Below, piece after piece: positions 37,204-46,100 of a stretch of 64,000 bases of DNA. A program made the translations under genes and the position numbers. Numbering within the stretch: position 1 is the stretch's first letter; each line of letters begins with the position of its first letter. The stretch covers positions 2,075 to 66,074 of the forward strand of contig JACPYA010000027.1 in the NCBI GenBank assembly GCA_016196295.1, written 5' to 3'. A model generated the notes under the pieces. That model was not told where the DNA came from. It did not search any database and saw nothing but the letters and a program-made list of their open reading frames with translations. The stretch comes from Candidatus Peregrinibacteria bacterium. GTDB taxonomy: Bacteria; Patescibacteriota; Gracilibacteria; Peribacterales; Peribacteraceae.

Positions 37204-38181
37204 TTGTCGGTGTCGCAGATCTTCTTCTTCACCGGCGAAAACGCCTACGCGCTCGGCCTCGAGAAGAAGCGGTGGATGGACCAATTTCGCGACAAACACG
37301 GCCCCGAAAACCTGATCCGGCTGGACGCCGCGGGGTTGTCGTTTGGCGCTTTTCTCGATGAAGCGGCATCCGCGCCGTTCATCGCGGAGAAGAGACTCAT
37401 CGTCCTCCAAGGCACGCCGAAATTTTTGAAAGAGGAAACGCTCTCGATCCCGGAGCACCTCCACCCCGATGCCGTGCTGCTCATCGCCGATGGCAAGCCC
37501 GACAAGCGCCTGAGTGCGGTGAAGGAACTGCAGAAGTTTTCCACGCTGAAGGAATTTCCCCTCCTCGATCGCAAAGCTCTCGACGCATGGATCGACCAGC
37601 ATGCGAAGTCGCTCGGGACGAGCATCGCGCCACCCGCGCGCGCCCACTTGGTCGCGATCGTAGGCGAAGACCAAGAAATGCTCGCAAGCGAGCTTACGAA
37701 GCTGACACTGGCGGCGACGGGCCGAGCGATCACCTCGGAAGATATCGATATGCTCGCGATGCCCTCGGGCGAGCAAGAAGTGTGGACGCTGACCAATCTC
37801 CTCTCCGCGGGGAAGAAACGCGAAGCGCTCGCCTACGCGCGCAGCCTCCAGGAGCGCGGCACCACCGCGCAGTCGCTGTGGGCCATCCTCCTCTGGATGC
37901 TCGAAAACCTGACCCTCGTCGCGGCGGCGGCCGCAGCGAACGAACGCAACCCCGGCAAGATCGCGAGTCAGCTGGGTGTGCCGTTCCCCAGTGTTCGCAC
38001 GTTGATGCCGCTCGCGAGCGTCATCGACCCCGTGGCGCTTCGGTCATTCGTTTCTCAGGTCGTGTCGGATGACATCGAGCTCAAGACCGGCGGGTACCGC
38101 GCGACGGCGGAGGCGCCCGAGGAGCTTGTTGCTCTTATCGATCGGTTCATTCTCCGGTGCGGGTCGCTCGTGCGTAAGTAG
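37204..38181 (+). CDS. holA: DNA polymerase III delta subunit
   Basis: IFFFTGENAYAL ... FLDEAASAPFIAEKRLIVL ... typical HolA N-terminus; length 325 aa. TTG or GTG start. Confidence 0.75.
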   Translation: MSVSQIFFFTGENAYALGLEKKRWMDQFRDKHGPENLIRLDAAGLSFGAFLDEAASAPFIAEKRLIVLQGTPKFLKEETLSIPEHLHPDAVLLIADGKPDKRLSAVKELQKFSTLKEFPLLDRKALDAWIDQHAKSLGTSIAPPARAHLVAIVGEDQEMLASELTKLTLAATGRAITSEDIDMLAMPSGEQEVWTLTNLLSAGKKREALAYARSLQERGTTAQSLWAILLWMLENLTLVAAAAAANERNPGKIASQLGVPFPSVRTLMPLASVIDPVALRSFVSQVVSDDIELKTGGYRATAEAPEELVALIDRFILRCGSLVRK

Positions 38182-38259
38182 GTTTATTACGTTTCTTAGG
38201 ACGATGAGGTTTATTAAGTTCCCAATAAACCTAACTCACCCAAATGACCTAATAAACCT
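38180..38259. repeat. inverted nonamer arrays: AGGTTTATT-N18-AGGTTTATT / loop / AATAAACCT-N18-AATAAACCT
   Basis: Two perfect 9-bp stems (38180-38188 / 38251-38259 and 38207-38215 / 38224-38232). The arms overlap the stop codons of both convergent genes. Confidence 0.9.
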
Positions 38260-38642
38260 CATTCTTCTATCTTTTTCAAAAGATCCTCCGCGCTCTGCTC
38301 CTCCGCTTCCCGGTGAGCCCCCTCTGTCTCCTTGCGCGCGCTGCGCTTGCGAGTGCGTTCGGCATCGGTTTTTGCGATCTGTTCCGCCTGTCCCATCTGC
38401 GCGGTCTCCTTGGCATATTTCTGATCGATAGCGGCGAGCTGCGCCTTCTCGTTTTCCAAGATTCCCTGGAGCTCCGCGGTCTGCTCGGCTGTCATGATGG
38501 GCAGGATATTGATCCAATACTGCCGCTCCTCGGTGTTCATGCTCTCCGATCCAAGGATAAGCGCAACAAGCGCCCCAAATTTTGCCTGCGTCTCGGGCGG
38601 GATCGTGGCGCCTGTTGTGTCTCCGGAAATTGCGGAAGTCAT
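38259..38642 (-). CDS. hypothetical protein (helical, Glu/Lys-rich C-terminus)
   Basis: 127-aa ORF with no recognised family. Confidence 0.45.
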   Translation of the reverse strand: MTSAISGDTTGATIPPETQAKFGALVALILGSESMNTEERQYWINILPIMTAEQTAELQGILENEKAQLAAIDQKYAKETAQMGQAEQIAKTDAERTRKRSARKETEGAHREAEEQSAEDLLKKIEE

Positions 38643-38650
38643 TGAAGGAG

Positions 38651-38749
38651 CATTGTTATAGTGCTACATGGCTACATTGTTACGTCTTTCTCTCCACAAA
38701 GCCAGAGTCTTGCGTGCGGGCAATGTAACAATTAAACAATGTAACAATT
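38651..38749. repeat. inverted octamer arrays: (CATTGTTA TAGTGCTA CATGGCTA CATTGTTA) ... (GTAACAAT TAAACAAT GTAACAAT)
   Basis: Same family as 9404-9515. It lies between the greA stop and the start of the downstream gene. Confidence 0.9.
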
Positions 38750-38752
38750 TCG

Positions 38753-39349
38753 TCATGCGACGTTCATCACCTCGTACCGGATCCGTCCGGAGGGCGAGGC
38801 GATCTCGACCGTGTCTCCTTTCTTCTTGCTGAGGAGCGCCTTGCCGATGGGGGACTCGTTGCTGATCTTGTGCTCCAGCGGATCGGCCTCGGTGGAACCG
38901 ACGATGGTGTAGGTCTCCGGGTCGTCGTTGTCCGTCATATTGACGACCGTCACCGTGGAGCCGATGTCGATCTCCTTTCCGTGGCGGATGTCGGTCTTCT
39001 TCTCCGCGATGATCTTCGCGTTCTTGATCTTCTGTTCGAGCTCGATGATGCGGCCCTCGACGAAGGCTTGCTCGTTCTTCGCTTCCTCGTACTCGGAGTT
39101 CTCGGAGAGGTCTCCATACGAGATCGCTTCCTTCAGACGCTGCGCGACCTCCTGGCGGCGGACCGTCTTCAGGTACTCGAGTTCCTCCTTCAGCTTACGG
39201 AGCCCTTCTTTCGTGATGAGGGTCAGATCATCATCTCCGAGCGCAGCGGCGGAGGTCCCGGTTCCCGCGTCACCCATCGTGATGTCCTCGTCCATGGGAA
39301 AATCGTCTGGCATTGGAAAGAGAGGAAATGTGAACGCAGTGTAAGCCAT
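38753..39349 (-). CDS. greA: transcription elongation factor GreA (with acidic N-terminal extension)
   Basis: GDLSENSEYEEAKNEQAFVEGRIIELE coiled coil and a C-terminal FKBP-like domain (ISNESPIGKALLSKKKGD). Confidence 0.9.
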   Translation of the reverse strand: MAYTAFTFPLFPMPDDFPMDEDITMGDAGTGTSAAALGDDDLTLITKEGLRKLKEELEYLKTVRRQEVAQRLKEAISYGDLSENSEYEEAKNEQAFVEGRIIELEQKIKNAKIIAEKKTDIRHGKEIDIGSTVTVVNMTDNDDPETYTIVGSTEADPLEHKISNESPIGKALLSKKKGDTVEIASPSGRIRYEVMNVA

Positions 39350-39366
39350 TACTCGAGAAACGGCAA

Positions 39367-39448
39367 TAGGGCTGGGGTTCGGGCTAGGGCTAGGAATCCT
39401 TTAAAAAGGTCTCATACCTATCTAGCCCAATCCCTAGCCCTAGCCCTA
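39367..39448. repeat. inverted G-rich/C-rich arms: TAGGGCTGGGGTTCGGGCTAGGGCTAGGA ... TCTAGCCCAATCCCTAGCCCTAGCCCTA
   Basis: Read directly. It fills the greA-carB gap, and the carB stop codon (TAG) is the outermost triplet of the right arm. Confidence 0.9.
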
Positions 39449-42400
39449 CACTCTCAGCACATCCGGCCAGCGGATGCTCGGCAGCTCCTCGATCTTCTCC
39501 TGCGCGAGCGCCTCGATGATGCGCTTGGCGAGTTGCACGTTCGTGATGAGCGGCACGCCGCTGTCGGTCGCGATGCGGCGAATGAAGTAGCCGTCGGTCA
39601 TCTCTTCGGCCGTCGTGTGGGTGGGGATATTGATGACGAGGTCGATACGCTTCTGCTCCAGGTACTCGCGGATGTTCGGGCTCCTCGGCTCCGACACTTT
39701 GTAGAGAAGCCCCGAGGGGATGTCGCGCGACTGCAGGAACTCGTGCGTGCGCTTAGTGGCGAAGAAGGAGAAGCCTTGCTTGTGGAGGCTCTGGATCGCG
39801 GGGAAGAGATCGACTTTGTCCTCCAGGTTTCCGATCGTGATGAGGACGTTCTTCTTCGGGATTTTGAATCCGACCGCGAGCATCGCGATGAGCAACGCTT
39901 GTGAAGCGTTGTTGCCGAAGCACGCGACTTCGCCCGTGCTCGCCATCTCGACTCCCAGTCGCGGGTCCGCTCCCTTCAGACGACTGAAGCTGAACTGCGC
40001 GGCCTTCACCGCGACATGGTCCAAGTCGATCGTCTGGTACCGCTTGGTTGCCGATGCTTTGCCGAGGAGGGCTTGCGTCGCGAGCGCGGCGAAATTTTCG
40101 CCCGTGACCTTGCTGGCAAACGGGAAACTGCGGCTCGCGCGGAGGTTGCACTCGATCACCTTCAATCGGTTATTTTTCGCGAGGACCTGGATGTTGAATG
40201 GTCCGGAGATGTTGAGCCCGCCGGCGATCTTCTTCGCGATGTTCTTGAGCTGCCGCAGCGTCGCCAGGTTCACGCGCTGCGGCGGGAGCACAATGGTCGC
40301 GTCGCCACTGTGCACGCCGGCGTTCTCGATGTGCTCCGAGATGGCATAGAGCAGGAGCGTGCCTGCCTGCGCGACGCCGTCGAACTCGATCTCCTTCGCG
40401 CCGGTCTCAAACTTCGAGATGATGACGGGCGCTTCCTTCGAGACCAGAGCGGCTTGCTCCAGGTATGCTTCGAGGTCCGTCCCGGAGTGCACGACCGCCA
40501 TCGCGGCGCCGGAGAGCACGTAGCTCGGGCGGACGATGACCGGGTAGCCGACGCTCTCGGCGAATGTCTGGGCCGAGGTGAGGTCGGCAAACTCCTTCCA
40601 CTCCGGCTGATCGACTGTCAGCGTGTCGAGCAGCTGGCTGAACTTGTGTCGATCTTCGGCGCGATCGATATCCTTCGGGTCCGTGCCGAGAATCGGGATG
40701 CCCTGCGCGGCGAGCTTCGGTGACAGTGAGTTGGGGATCTGCCCCCCCATCGAGACGACGAGCCCCTTCGGATGCGTGAGATCGACGATGTCGCGTACTC
40801 GCTCTTCCGTCAGCTCCTCGAAGAAGAGCGAGTCGCACTCGTCGTAGTCGGTGCTCACGGTCTCCGGATTGCTGTTGATCATGACCACGGAGTAGCCCTG
40901 CCGCTGGAGCTCGTGCGCGGCTTGGACGCAGCACCAGTCGAACTCCACGGAAGATCCGATGGAGTAGGGCCCGCCGCCGAGGACAATCACGCGGCCTCCA
41001 CCCCTGGCCCCTCCTCCACGGGAGGAGGGGGACTGTTTTCCAGATTGGCTACCCCCTTCCTCCTCCGGAGGAAGGGTCGGGGATGGAGGAAAACTCACAT
41101 CGTGCTCCGTCCCGTGATACGTCATATACAGGTAGTTCGTCTGCGCGGGGAATTCCCCCGCGAGCGTATCGACTTGCTTGATCACCGGGGTGATCCCGGC
41201 GGTGAGACGCGCGCGCCGGATGTCTTCGGCATTCGCATCGCGAATGACGGCGATCGCTTTGTCCGAAAAACCCGCGCGCTTCGCTGTGCGCAGGAGGGTG
41301 GTGTCCAAGGAGGCTGCTTTCGTCTGGAAGAGCGTGTGTGCGATCTGCGCGCAGGAGCGGATCCGTTCCAGGAACCACCGATCGATGCCCGTGGCGATGG
41401 CCACCTCATCGACGCTCATGTCGCCGCGCAATGCCTCCGCGATGGCGAAGAGCCGGCGGGGCGTGGGACGCTTCACCTCCTTCACGGGTTCTTTGAATTG
41501 GAACGGTCCGGGGTAGAGGCCTTCGGCGCCGATGTTGAGCATCCGCAGCGCCTTCTGGAGCGCCTCTTCGAACGTGCGTCCGAGCGCCATCACTTCGCCG
41601 ACGGACTTCATCTCGCTCGTCACCTGGTCGCTGACGTGCCGAAATTTCTGCAGGTCCCACCGCGGCACTTTGACGGCGACGTAATCGAGGGCCGGTTCGA
41701 AGTCGGCGCAGGTCACGTGCGTGATCGCGTTTTTGAGTTCCGGGAGGACAGCGCCGAGCGCGAGCTTTGCCGCGATGAACGCGAGCGGGTAGCCCGTCGC
41801 TTTCGAGGCCAGCGCGGAGCTGCGGCTGAGGCGCGCGTTCACCTCGATGACGCGGTAGGCGCGCGAACGGGGGTCCAGTGCGTACTGGATGTTGCACTCG
41901 CCGACGATCCCGAGATGGCGGATCACCTTGAGGGCGATCGACCGAAGCATCTGGTACTCGGTGTTATCGAGAGTCTGGCTCGGCGCGATGACGATCGACT
42001 CGCCGGTGTGGATGCCGAGCGGATCGACGTTCTCCATGTTGCAGACCGTGATGCAGTTGTCCGCGCTGTCGCGCACCACTTCGTACTCGATCTCCTTCCA
42101 ACCGGTCAGATCTTCCTCGACGAGCACCTGGTGGGACTCCACGAATGCCACCTTCAGGAGGTCCTTCAACTCCGCTTCGTTCTGGGCCCGGCCGCTGCCT
42201 TTGCCTCCGAGCGCGAAGGCCGCGCGGATGATGACGGGGTATCCCACCTCCTTCGCCGCTTCCAGAGCGGCTGGCACGGACTCGCAGGCCCGGGAGGTCG
42301 GGACCGCGACTTCGATGCTGCGCAGCTCCGCATTGAAGAGGGCGCGGTCTTCGGTCTTGCGGATGCTCTCCACCGGGGTGCCGAGCACGCTGATGCCGTA

Positions 42401-42802
42401 CTTCGTGAGGATGCCCAGCTCATCCAAGCGCACGCCGCAATTCAAGGCGGTCTGGCCGCCGAAACTCAGCGCGATGGCGTCGGGTTGCTCTTTGCGGATC
42501 ACCTCCTCGACAAAGGCCGGGCTGACGGGCACGAAGTATACGGCGTCGGCGAGCCCGAAGCTCGTCTGGTTCGTCGCGATGTTCGGGTTCACGAGGATGA
42601 CCTTCTTGCCCTCCTCTTTAAAGGCCTTGATGGCTTGGCTGCCGGAATAATCAAATTCGCCGGCTTCGCCGATTTTGAGTGCGCCCGACCCGAGGAGGAG
42701 GATCGTGCGCGCGTCCCCGCGGTGTCCGTGCGTGGAAAAATTCTTCCCCGCGTCCCGCGTGTGCGGGACGCTCGGGGAGCCTGTGTCTCGCTTCGCCCGC
42801 AT
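39446..42802 (-). CDS. carB: carbamoyl-phosphate synthase large subunit
   Basis: Two ATP-grasp halves: ILLLGSGALKIGEAGEFDYSGSQA and VIVLGGGPYSIGSSVEFDWCCV. MGS-like C-terminus. No carA is adjacent. Confidence 0.95.
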   Translation of the reverse strand: MRAKRDTGSPSVPHTRDAGKNFSTHGHRGDARTILLLGSGALKIGEAGEFDYSGSQAIKAFKEEGKKVILVNPNIATNQTSFGLADAVYFVPVSPAFVEEVIRKEQPDAIALSFGGQTALNCGVRLDELGILTKYGISVLGTPVESIRKTEDRALFNAELRSIEVAVPTSRACESVPAALEAAKEVGYPVIIRAAFALGGKGSGRAQNEAELKDLLKVAFVESHQVLVEEDLTGWKEIEYEVVRDSADNCITVCNMENVDPLGIHTGESIVIAPSQTLDNTEYQMLRSIALKVIRHLGIVGECNIQYALDPRSRAYRVIEVNARLSRSSALASKATGYPLAFIAAKLALGAVLPELKNAITHVTCADFEPALDYVAVKVPRWDLQKFRHVSDQVTSEMKSVGEVMALGRTFEEALQKALRMLNIGAEGLYPGPFQFKEPVKEVKRPTPRRLFAIAEALRGDMSVDEVAIATGIDRWFLERIRSCAQIAHTLFQTKAASLDTTLLRTAKRAGFSDKAIAVIRDANAEDIRRARLTAGITPVIKQVDTLAGEFPAQTNYLYMTYHGTEHDVSFPPSPTLPPEEEGGSQSGKQSPSSRGGGARGGGRVIVLGGGPYSIGSSVEFDWCCVQAAHELQRQGYSVVMINSNPETVSTDYDECDSLFFEELTEERVRDIVDLTHPKGLVVSMGGQIPNSLSPKLAAQGIPILGTDPKDIDRAEDRHKFSQLLDTLTVDQPEWKEFADLTSAQTFAESVGYPVIVRPSYVLSGAAMAVVHSGTDLEAYLEQAALVSKEAPVIISKFETGAKEIEFDGVAQAGTLLLYAISEHIENAGVHSGDATIVLPPQRVNLATLRQLKNIAKKIAGGLNISGPFNIQVLAKNNRLKVIECNLRASRSFPFASKVTGENFAALATQALLGKASATKRYQTIDLDHVAVKAAQFSFSRLKGADPRLGVEMASTGEVACFGNNASQALLIAMLAVGFKIPKKNVLITIGNLEDKVDLFPAIQSLHKQGFSFFATKRTHEFLQSRDIPSGLLYKVSEPRSPNIREYLEQKRIDLVINIPTHTTAEEMTDGYFIRRIATDSGVPLITNVQLAKRIIEALAQEKIEELPSIRWPDVLRV
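41008..41075. repeat. two GC-rich hairpin palindromes inside the carB inter-half linker
   Basis: CCCCTCCTCC-acg-GGAGGAGGGG (41008-41030) and CCTTCCTCC-tcc-GGAGGAAGG (41055-41075). They encode the low-complexity insert PPEEEGGSQSGKQSPSSRGGG. Confidence 0.85.
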
Positions 42803-43035
42803 GTCCGGGGGAGACTAGGGTAACTCCGTGAGCAGAGCAAGAGTGTGAATCGGACAAGATGTCCAGGCGTGTCGAGCAGACTTACTCATCTGTTATTCCA
42901 TACCAATTCGCTTTCAAGGAAAGAGAAGATGGTTGTGAGAGCGGCGTATCGGCTGCAAAAATCGATGAAATCGTCGCGAGACGTGGGTCTCGCTCGACGC
43001 CTCCCTCCACTTTCATCTTTATTCTCTCTCTCAAT

Positions 43036-44787
43036 ATGGAAACTCGTTTCTCTTCGCGCATGAGTCGGGTCGTGACTCTCAATATGCGCGCGCTCGTCGG
43101 CGCACTTGCGATCGCCTCGCTCCTCACCCCTCACGCGGCGTTTGCAGCGCGACGATTCTGGGTCGGCGGCTACAGCGGCGGCGAATGGCACGATACGCGC
43201 AACTGGTCCTCGCTTGCGGGCTCAGGAAAGGCGGGTGGCGCCAGCGTACCCACCATCAGCGATGTAGCCATTCTTCATACGACCAATAGCGGCAATACCA
43301 TCCGTCTCGGCAAGGATGGGGCGGCGGGAGGACTCATTCTCTCCACGACCTTTACCGGGGCCCTTCGCATCGGTACTTCCAGCTTGATCCTTGGGGGAAC
43401 GGGTGCCCGCATCGGAAGCGGATACGTCATCGTCGGCACCGGCACGGTGCTCGCGAACTCCGGAAGCTGGACCATGACGGGAGGCGTCTTCTTCAACACG
43501 CTTGCAGGACACAAAATGAGTATTTCCGGAAGCTTGATCGTCATGGGACGCGCGCGCTTCCGCTATTCGGGGACGCTCATCTTCAACGGCGGCGTTGCCG
43601 ACCAGCGGCTCGCCTTCTCCGGCTCTCACACCGCTACGCGGCCGGACAACATGACGGTGGGCAAGCATTCCTTCTCCGGCATCATCCTCAATAACATCGC
43701 GGGGACCACATCGGACGATCTCATCATCTCTGGTTCCTATCTCCGCGCACGCACACTCACGATCACGAATGGAAACTTCGATCTGCGTTCGGAAGATGTC
43801 CCGCTGGCTTTGAGCGGCACCTTGACGCTGGCGAACGATGCGGATGCGACACTCGAGACAGACCAGAACATCACGCTCTCCGGGTCCATTTCGACCGGCG
43901 CGTCCGCCCGCTTCACGATGAGCGGGGGGACGCTCAAGCTCAATGGCATCAGTCAGAACCTGGATGTCGCGGGTGACGGCTCGTCCATGCACACGCTCGA
44001 GATTGATTCCAACAGCGGTGCGTACCTCACCGGGCTTGCCCTCGTGACCTCCACGCTCACGATCAACTCGAGCAGAATTCTCGCATTCGCGGCGAATACC
44101 CTCTACCTCACGGGTGGAACGATCACGAATAACGGCACGATCCGTGAGAACACAGGCAAGCTCGTCCACACGGGTTCCAACATCTTCATCACGAATAGCG
44201 ATTACACGGAAGATCACGAAGTGAAGACGGGCGAAACCATGTACTTCACCGTGACAGACACGGATGAGAACATCAACGGAGCCGCCGCAGACACGCTTGC
44301 CATCGATGTCACGCTCACCGGGGGAGACACGGAGGACGTCACCCTGACGGAAACGGGTAATGCCACCGGCATCTTCCGAGGATCCATCAGCGTCACGAAC
44401 GACACTGCGACGAACAACGATGGCACCTTGCAGACAACGAGCGACCGCACGGCGACGTTCACGTTCACGGACGCACAAGACGCCAAGGTGATTTCGGATA
44501 CAGCCGCTGTCACGGTTGTGGCAGGAACGTCCAGCAGCAACACGAATAGCGGTGGTGGCAGCAGCCGTAGTCGCGGAGGCGGCGGCGGAGGCGGAGGCAA
44601 GGCGGGGGCAGCCGTGCTCGCGAAGCCGACGAGGAATCAAGCCAAGCCGCAAAGGCGCGTCCCGGTGACGAGGAGGATTGCGAAGAAAAAGCTCAGCGTT
44701 GCAGAGCGCAGGGCCGCTCGCCTCCAGAAGCTCAAGGACATGAAGGCGCGCATGGATGCTCGCAGGGCTAAGCGTCTGGGCCGATAA
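43036..44787 (+). CDS. secreted beta-helix-like repeat protein with Gly-rich and Lys/Arg-rich C-terminal tail
   Basis: Signal peptide (ALVGALAIASLLTPHAAFA), RRFWVGG..W.DTRNWS start typical of autotransporter-type beta-strand repeats, T/S/G-rich repeats, and a GGGGGGG + KR-rich tail. Confidence 0.6.
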   Translation: METRFSSRMSRVVTLNMRALVGALAIASLLTPHAAFAARRFWVGGYSGGEWHDTRNWSSLAGSGKAGGASVPTISDVAILHTTNSGNTIRLGKDGAAGGLILSTTFTGALRIGTSSLILGGTGARIGSGYVIVGTGTVLANSGSWTMTGGVFFNTLAGHKMSISGSLIVMGRARFRYSGTLIFNGGVADQRLAFSGSHTATRPDNMTVGKHSFSGIILNNIAGTTSDDLIISGSYLRARTLTITNGNFDLRSEDVPLALSGTLTLANDADATLETDQNITLSGSISTGASARFTMSGGTLKLNGISQNLDVAGDGSSMHTLEIDSNSGAYLTGLALVTSTLTINSSRILAFAANTLYLTGGTITNNGTIRENTGKLVHTGSNIFITNSDYTEDHEVKTGETMYFTVTDTDENINGAAADTLAIDVTLTGGDTEDVTLTETGNATGIFRGSISVTNDTATNNDGTLQTTSDRTATFTFTDAQDAKVISDTAAVTVVAGTSSSNTNSGGGSSRSRGGGGGGGGKAGAAVLAKPTRNQAKPQRRVPVTRRIAKKKLSVAERRAARLQKLKDMKARMDARRAKRLGR

Positions 44788-44810
44788 TTCACAGACATCC
44801 GACGAAGAAG

Positions 44811-44837
44811 ACCCCTCGAGAGTGAGGGGTTTTCTTT
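44811..44837 (+). terminator. intrinsic terminator
   Basis: ACCCCTC-gagagt-GAGGGGT followed by TTTCTTT, 24 nt after the stop. Confidence 0.7.
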
Positions 44838-44839
44838 AG

Positions 44840-44896
44840 TTTGTAGAAAGTAGTTGGTAGTTTTCGTTCTACAAACTACCAGCTGCCAACTACAAG
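44840..44896. repeat. inverted heptamer arrays: TTTGTAG AAAGTAG TTGGTAG / loop / CTACAAA CTACCAG CTGCCAA CTACAAG
   Basis: Read directly, with strict 7-nt periodicity. It ends one nt before the stop codon of the convergent transporter gene. Confidence 0.9.
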
Positions 44897-44897
44897 C

Positions 44898-45986
44898 TCA
44901 TAAATGGTGCCGATGATGCTGCTTCATGTGCTGCTCCAGTTCGCTCTCATTCTGGTGCACGCCGAGGATCTCCAGCAGCAGCACGCCGAGCAGGATCAGC
45001 CCGCCGCCCACGAGGTGGTACCAGAGGATCGGTTCCCCCAGATAGAAGTGCGCGAACGCAATGCCGCAGACGATGTTGATGGTCGAGAAGAGCGAGACGG
45101 CAGAGACCGGGATGCGCTCAATCGCTTCGTAGAAGCTGAAGAGGTTCAGGAACCGGGAGACGAAGCCAAACCCGAGGAGGGCGGGGACGAGCGCCGCGGG
45201 GAAGACGAGCAATTCCTCGCGTAGCGGATGCTCGATGAAGGGAGACACGAGGAAGAACGCGCCGACCGCGACCGATGCGCGCGAGACGATGACGAGCTCC
45301 GAGTCCAGCTTGTGGAGGTACTTCTTGAAGATGATGCCGCCGCACGCGTAGGCGAACGTGGAGAGGAGAATCAGCGGGTCGCCGGGTCTCGTGGAGAAGT
45401 CTTCGGAAAATCCCCGGAGCGCGACGAACGCGATGCCGAAGATGATGACGCTGCTCGCGATGATGTGCGCACGCGTCCAGTGTTCTTGCCGCAGGATCGC
45501 AATCGCGAGGACCATGAGGAACACCATTTCCATACGGCCGAAGAGCTCTGCATTGATGGCTGTCGTGTACTGCAGACCGGAGAAGAAGAGGAGCGGTGCG
45601 AGCAGTCCGTTGCAGAGTCCAAGAGCAATGAGTGGCAGCACGTACTTGCGCTTCATCGCAAACAGGCGACGCACGGTCGGGAAGACGCCGAACGACAGCA
45701 GCACGAAGAACGCCGTCAGGAACTCGCTCAGGACGAGTATCGAGAGCGGCGAGAGCGCTCCGCTCAGTTGCTTGCCGAAGGAGTTATACGTCGAACTCGC
45801 GAGGATCATCACGACGAGCGCGATCCACCCGATACTCTGAGATTCGAGGCTGCGCTTGCGCAAACTCACGAGCGGCCAGTGACGGATGTTGGTATCAAAC
45901 AATCTGAGTATTATATCATGATTCCGCCTGGTCTGGTAGATGCGATTGGCTTCGAGGAAAGAGTCCGAGGAGTCCGAAGAGTCCAA
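44898..45986 (-). CDS. DMT-superfamily (EamA-like) transporter
   Basis: Ten predicted TM helices in two EamA-like halves. The N-terminus is uncertain: the first 9 codons (MDSSDSSDS) are a GAGTCCGAN x3 tandem repeat. Confidence 0.7.
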   Translation of the reverse strand: MDSSDSSDSFLEANRIYQTRRNHDIILRLFDTNIRHWPLVSLRKRSLESQSIGWIALVVMILASSTYNSFGKQLSGALSPLSILVLSEFLTAFFVLLSFGVFPTVRRLFAMKRKYVLPLIALGLCNGLLAPLLFFSGLQYTTAINAELFGRMEMVFLMVLAIAILRQEHWTRAHIIASSVIIFGIAFVALRGFSEDFSTRPGDPLILLSTFAYACGGIIFKKYLHKLDSELVIVSRASVAVGAFFLVSPFIEHPLREELLVFPAALVPALLGFGFVSRFLNLFSFYEAIERIPVSAVSLFSTINIVCGIAFAHFYLGEPILWYHLVGGGLILLGVLLLEILGVHQNESELEQHMKQHHRHHL

Positions 45987-46006
45987 CGATAGCGAGCAAT
46001 GTTACG

Positions 46007-46095
46007 TGGTGCCGCCGGCTGGAATCGAACCAGCATGCCCGGGTAAGGGGCAGGGGATTTTAAGTCCCCCGTGTCTACCATTTCACCACAGCGGC
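46007..46095 (-). tRNA. tRNA-Leu (anticodon TAA), type II, CCA encoded
   Basis: Folded by hand: acceptor GCCGCTG/CGGCGGC, anticodon stem GGGGA/TCCCC with loop CTTAAAA, long variable arm, T-arm GCTGG-TTCGATT-CCAGC. Confidence 0.9.
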
Positions 46096-46100
46096 ACAGC

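Noticed and set aside
45961-45987. GAGTCCGAG GAGTCCGAA GAGTCCAAC tandem nonamers next to tRNA-Leu, as a half element of the array family.
   Set aside because: I could not find an inverted partner. The repeat also reads as the first nine codons (MDSSDSSDS) of the longest transporter ORF, so its status as coding or as a remnant arm is unresolved.
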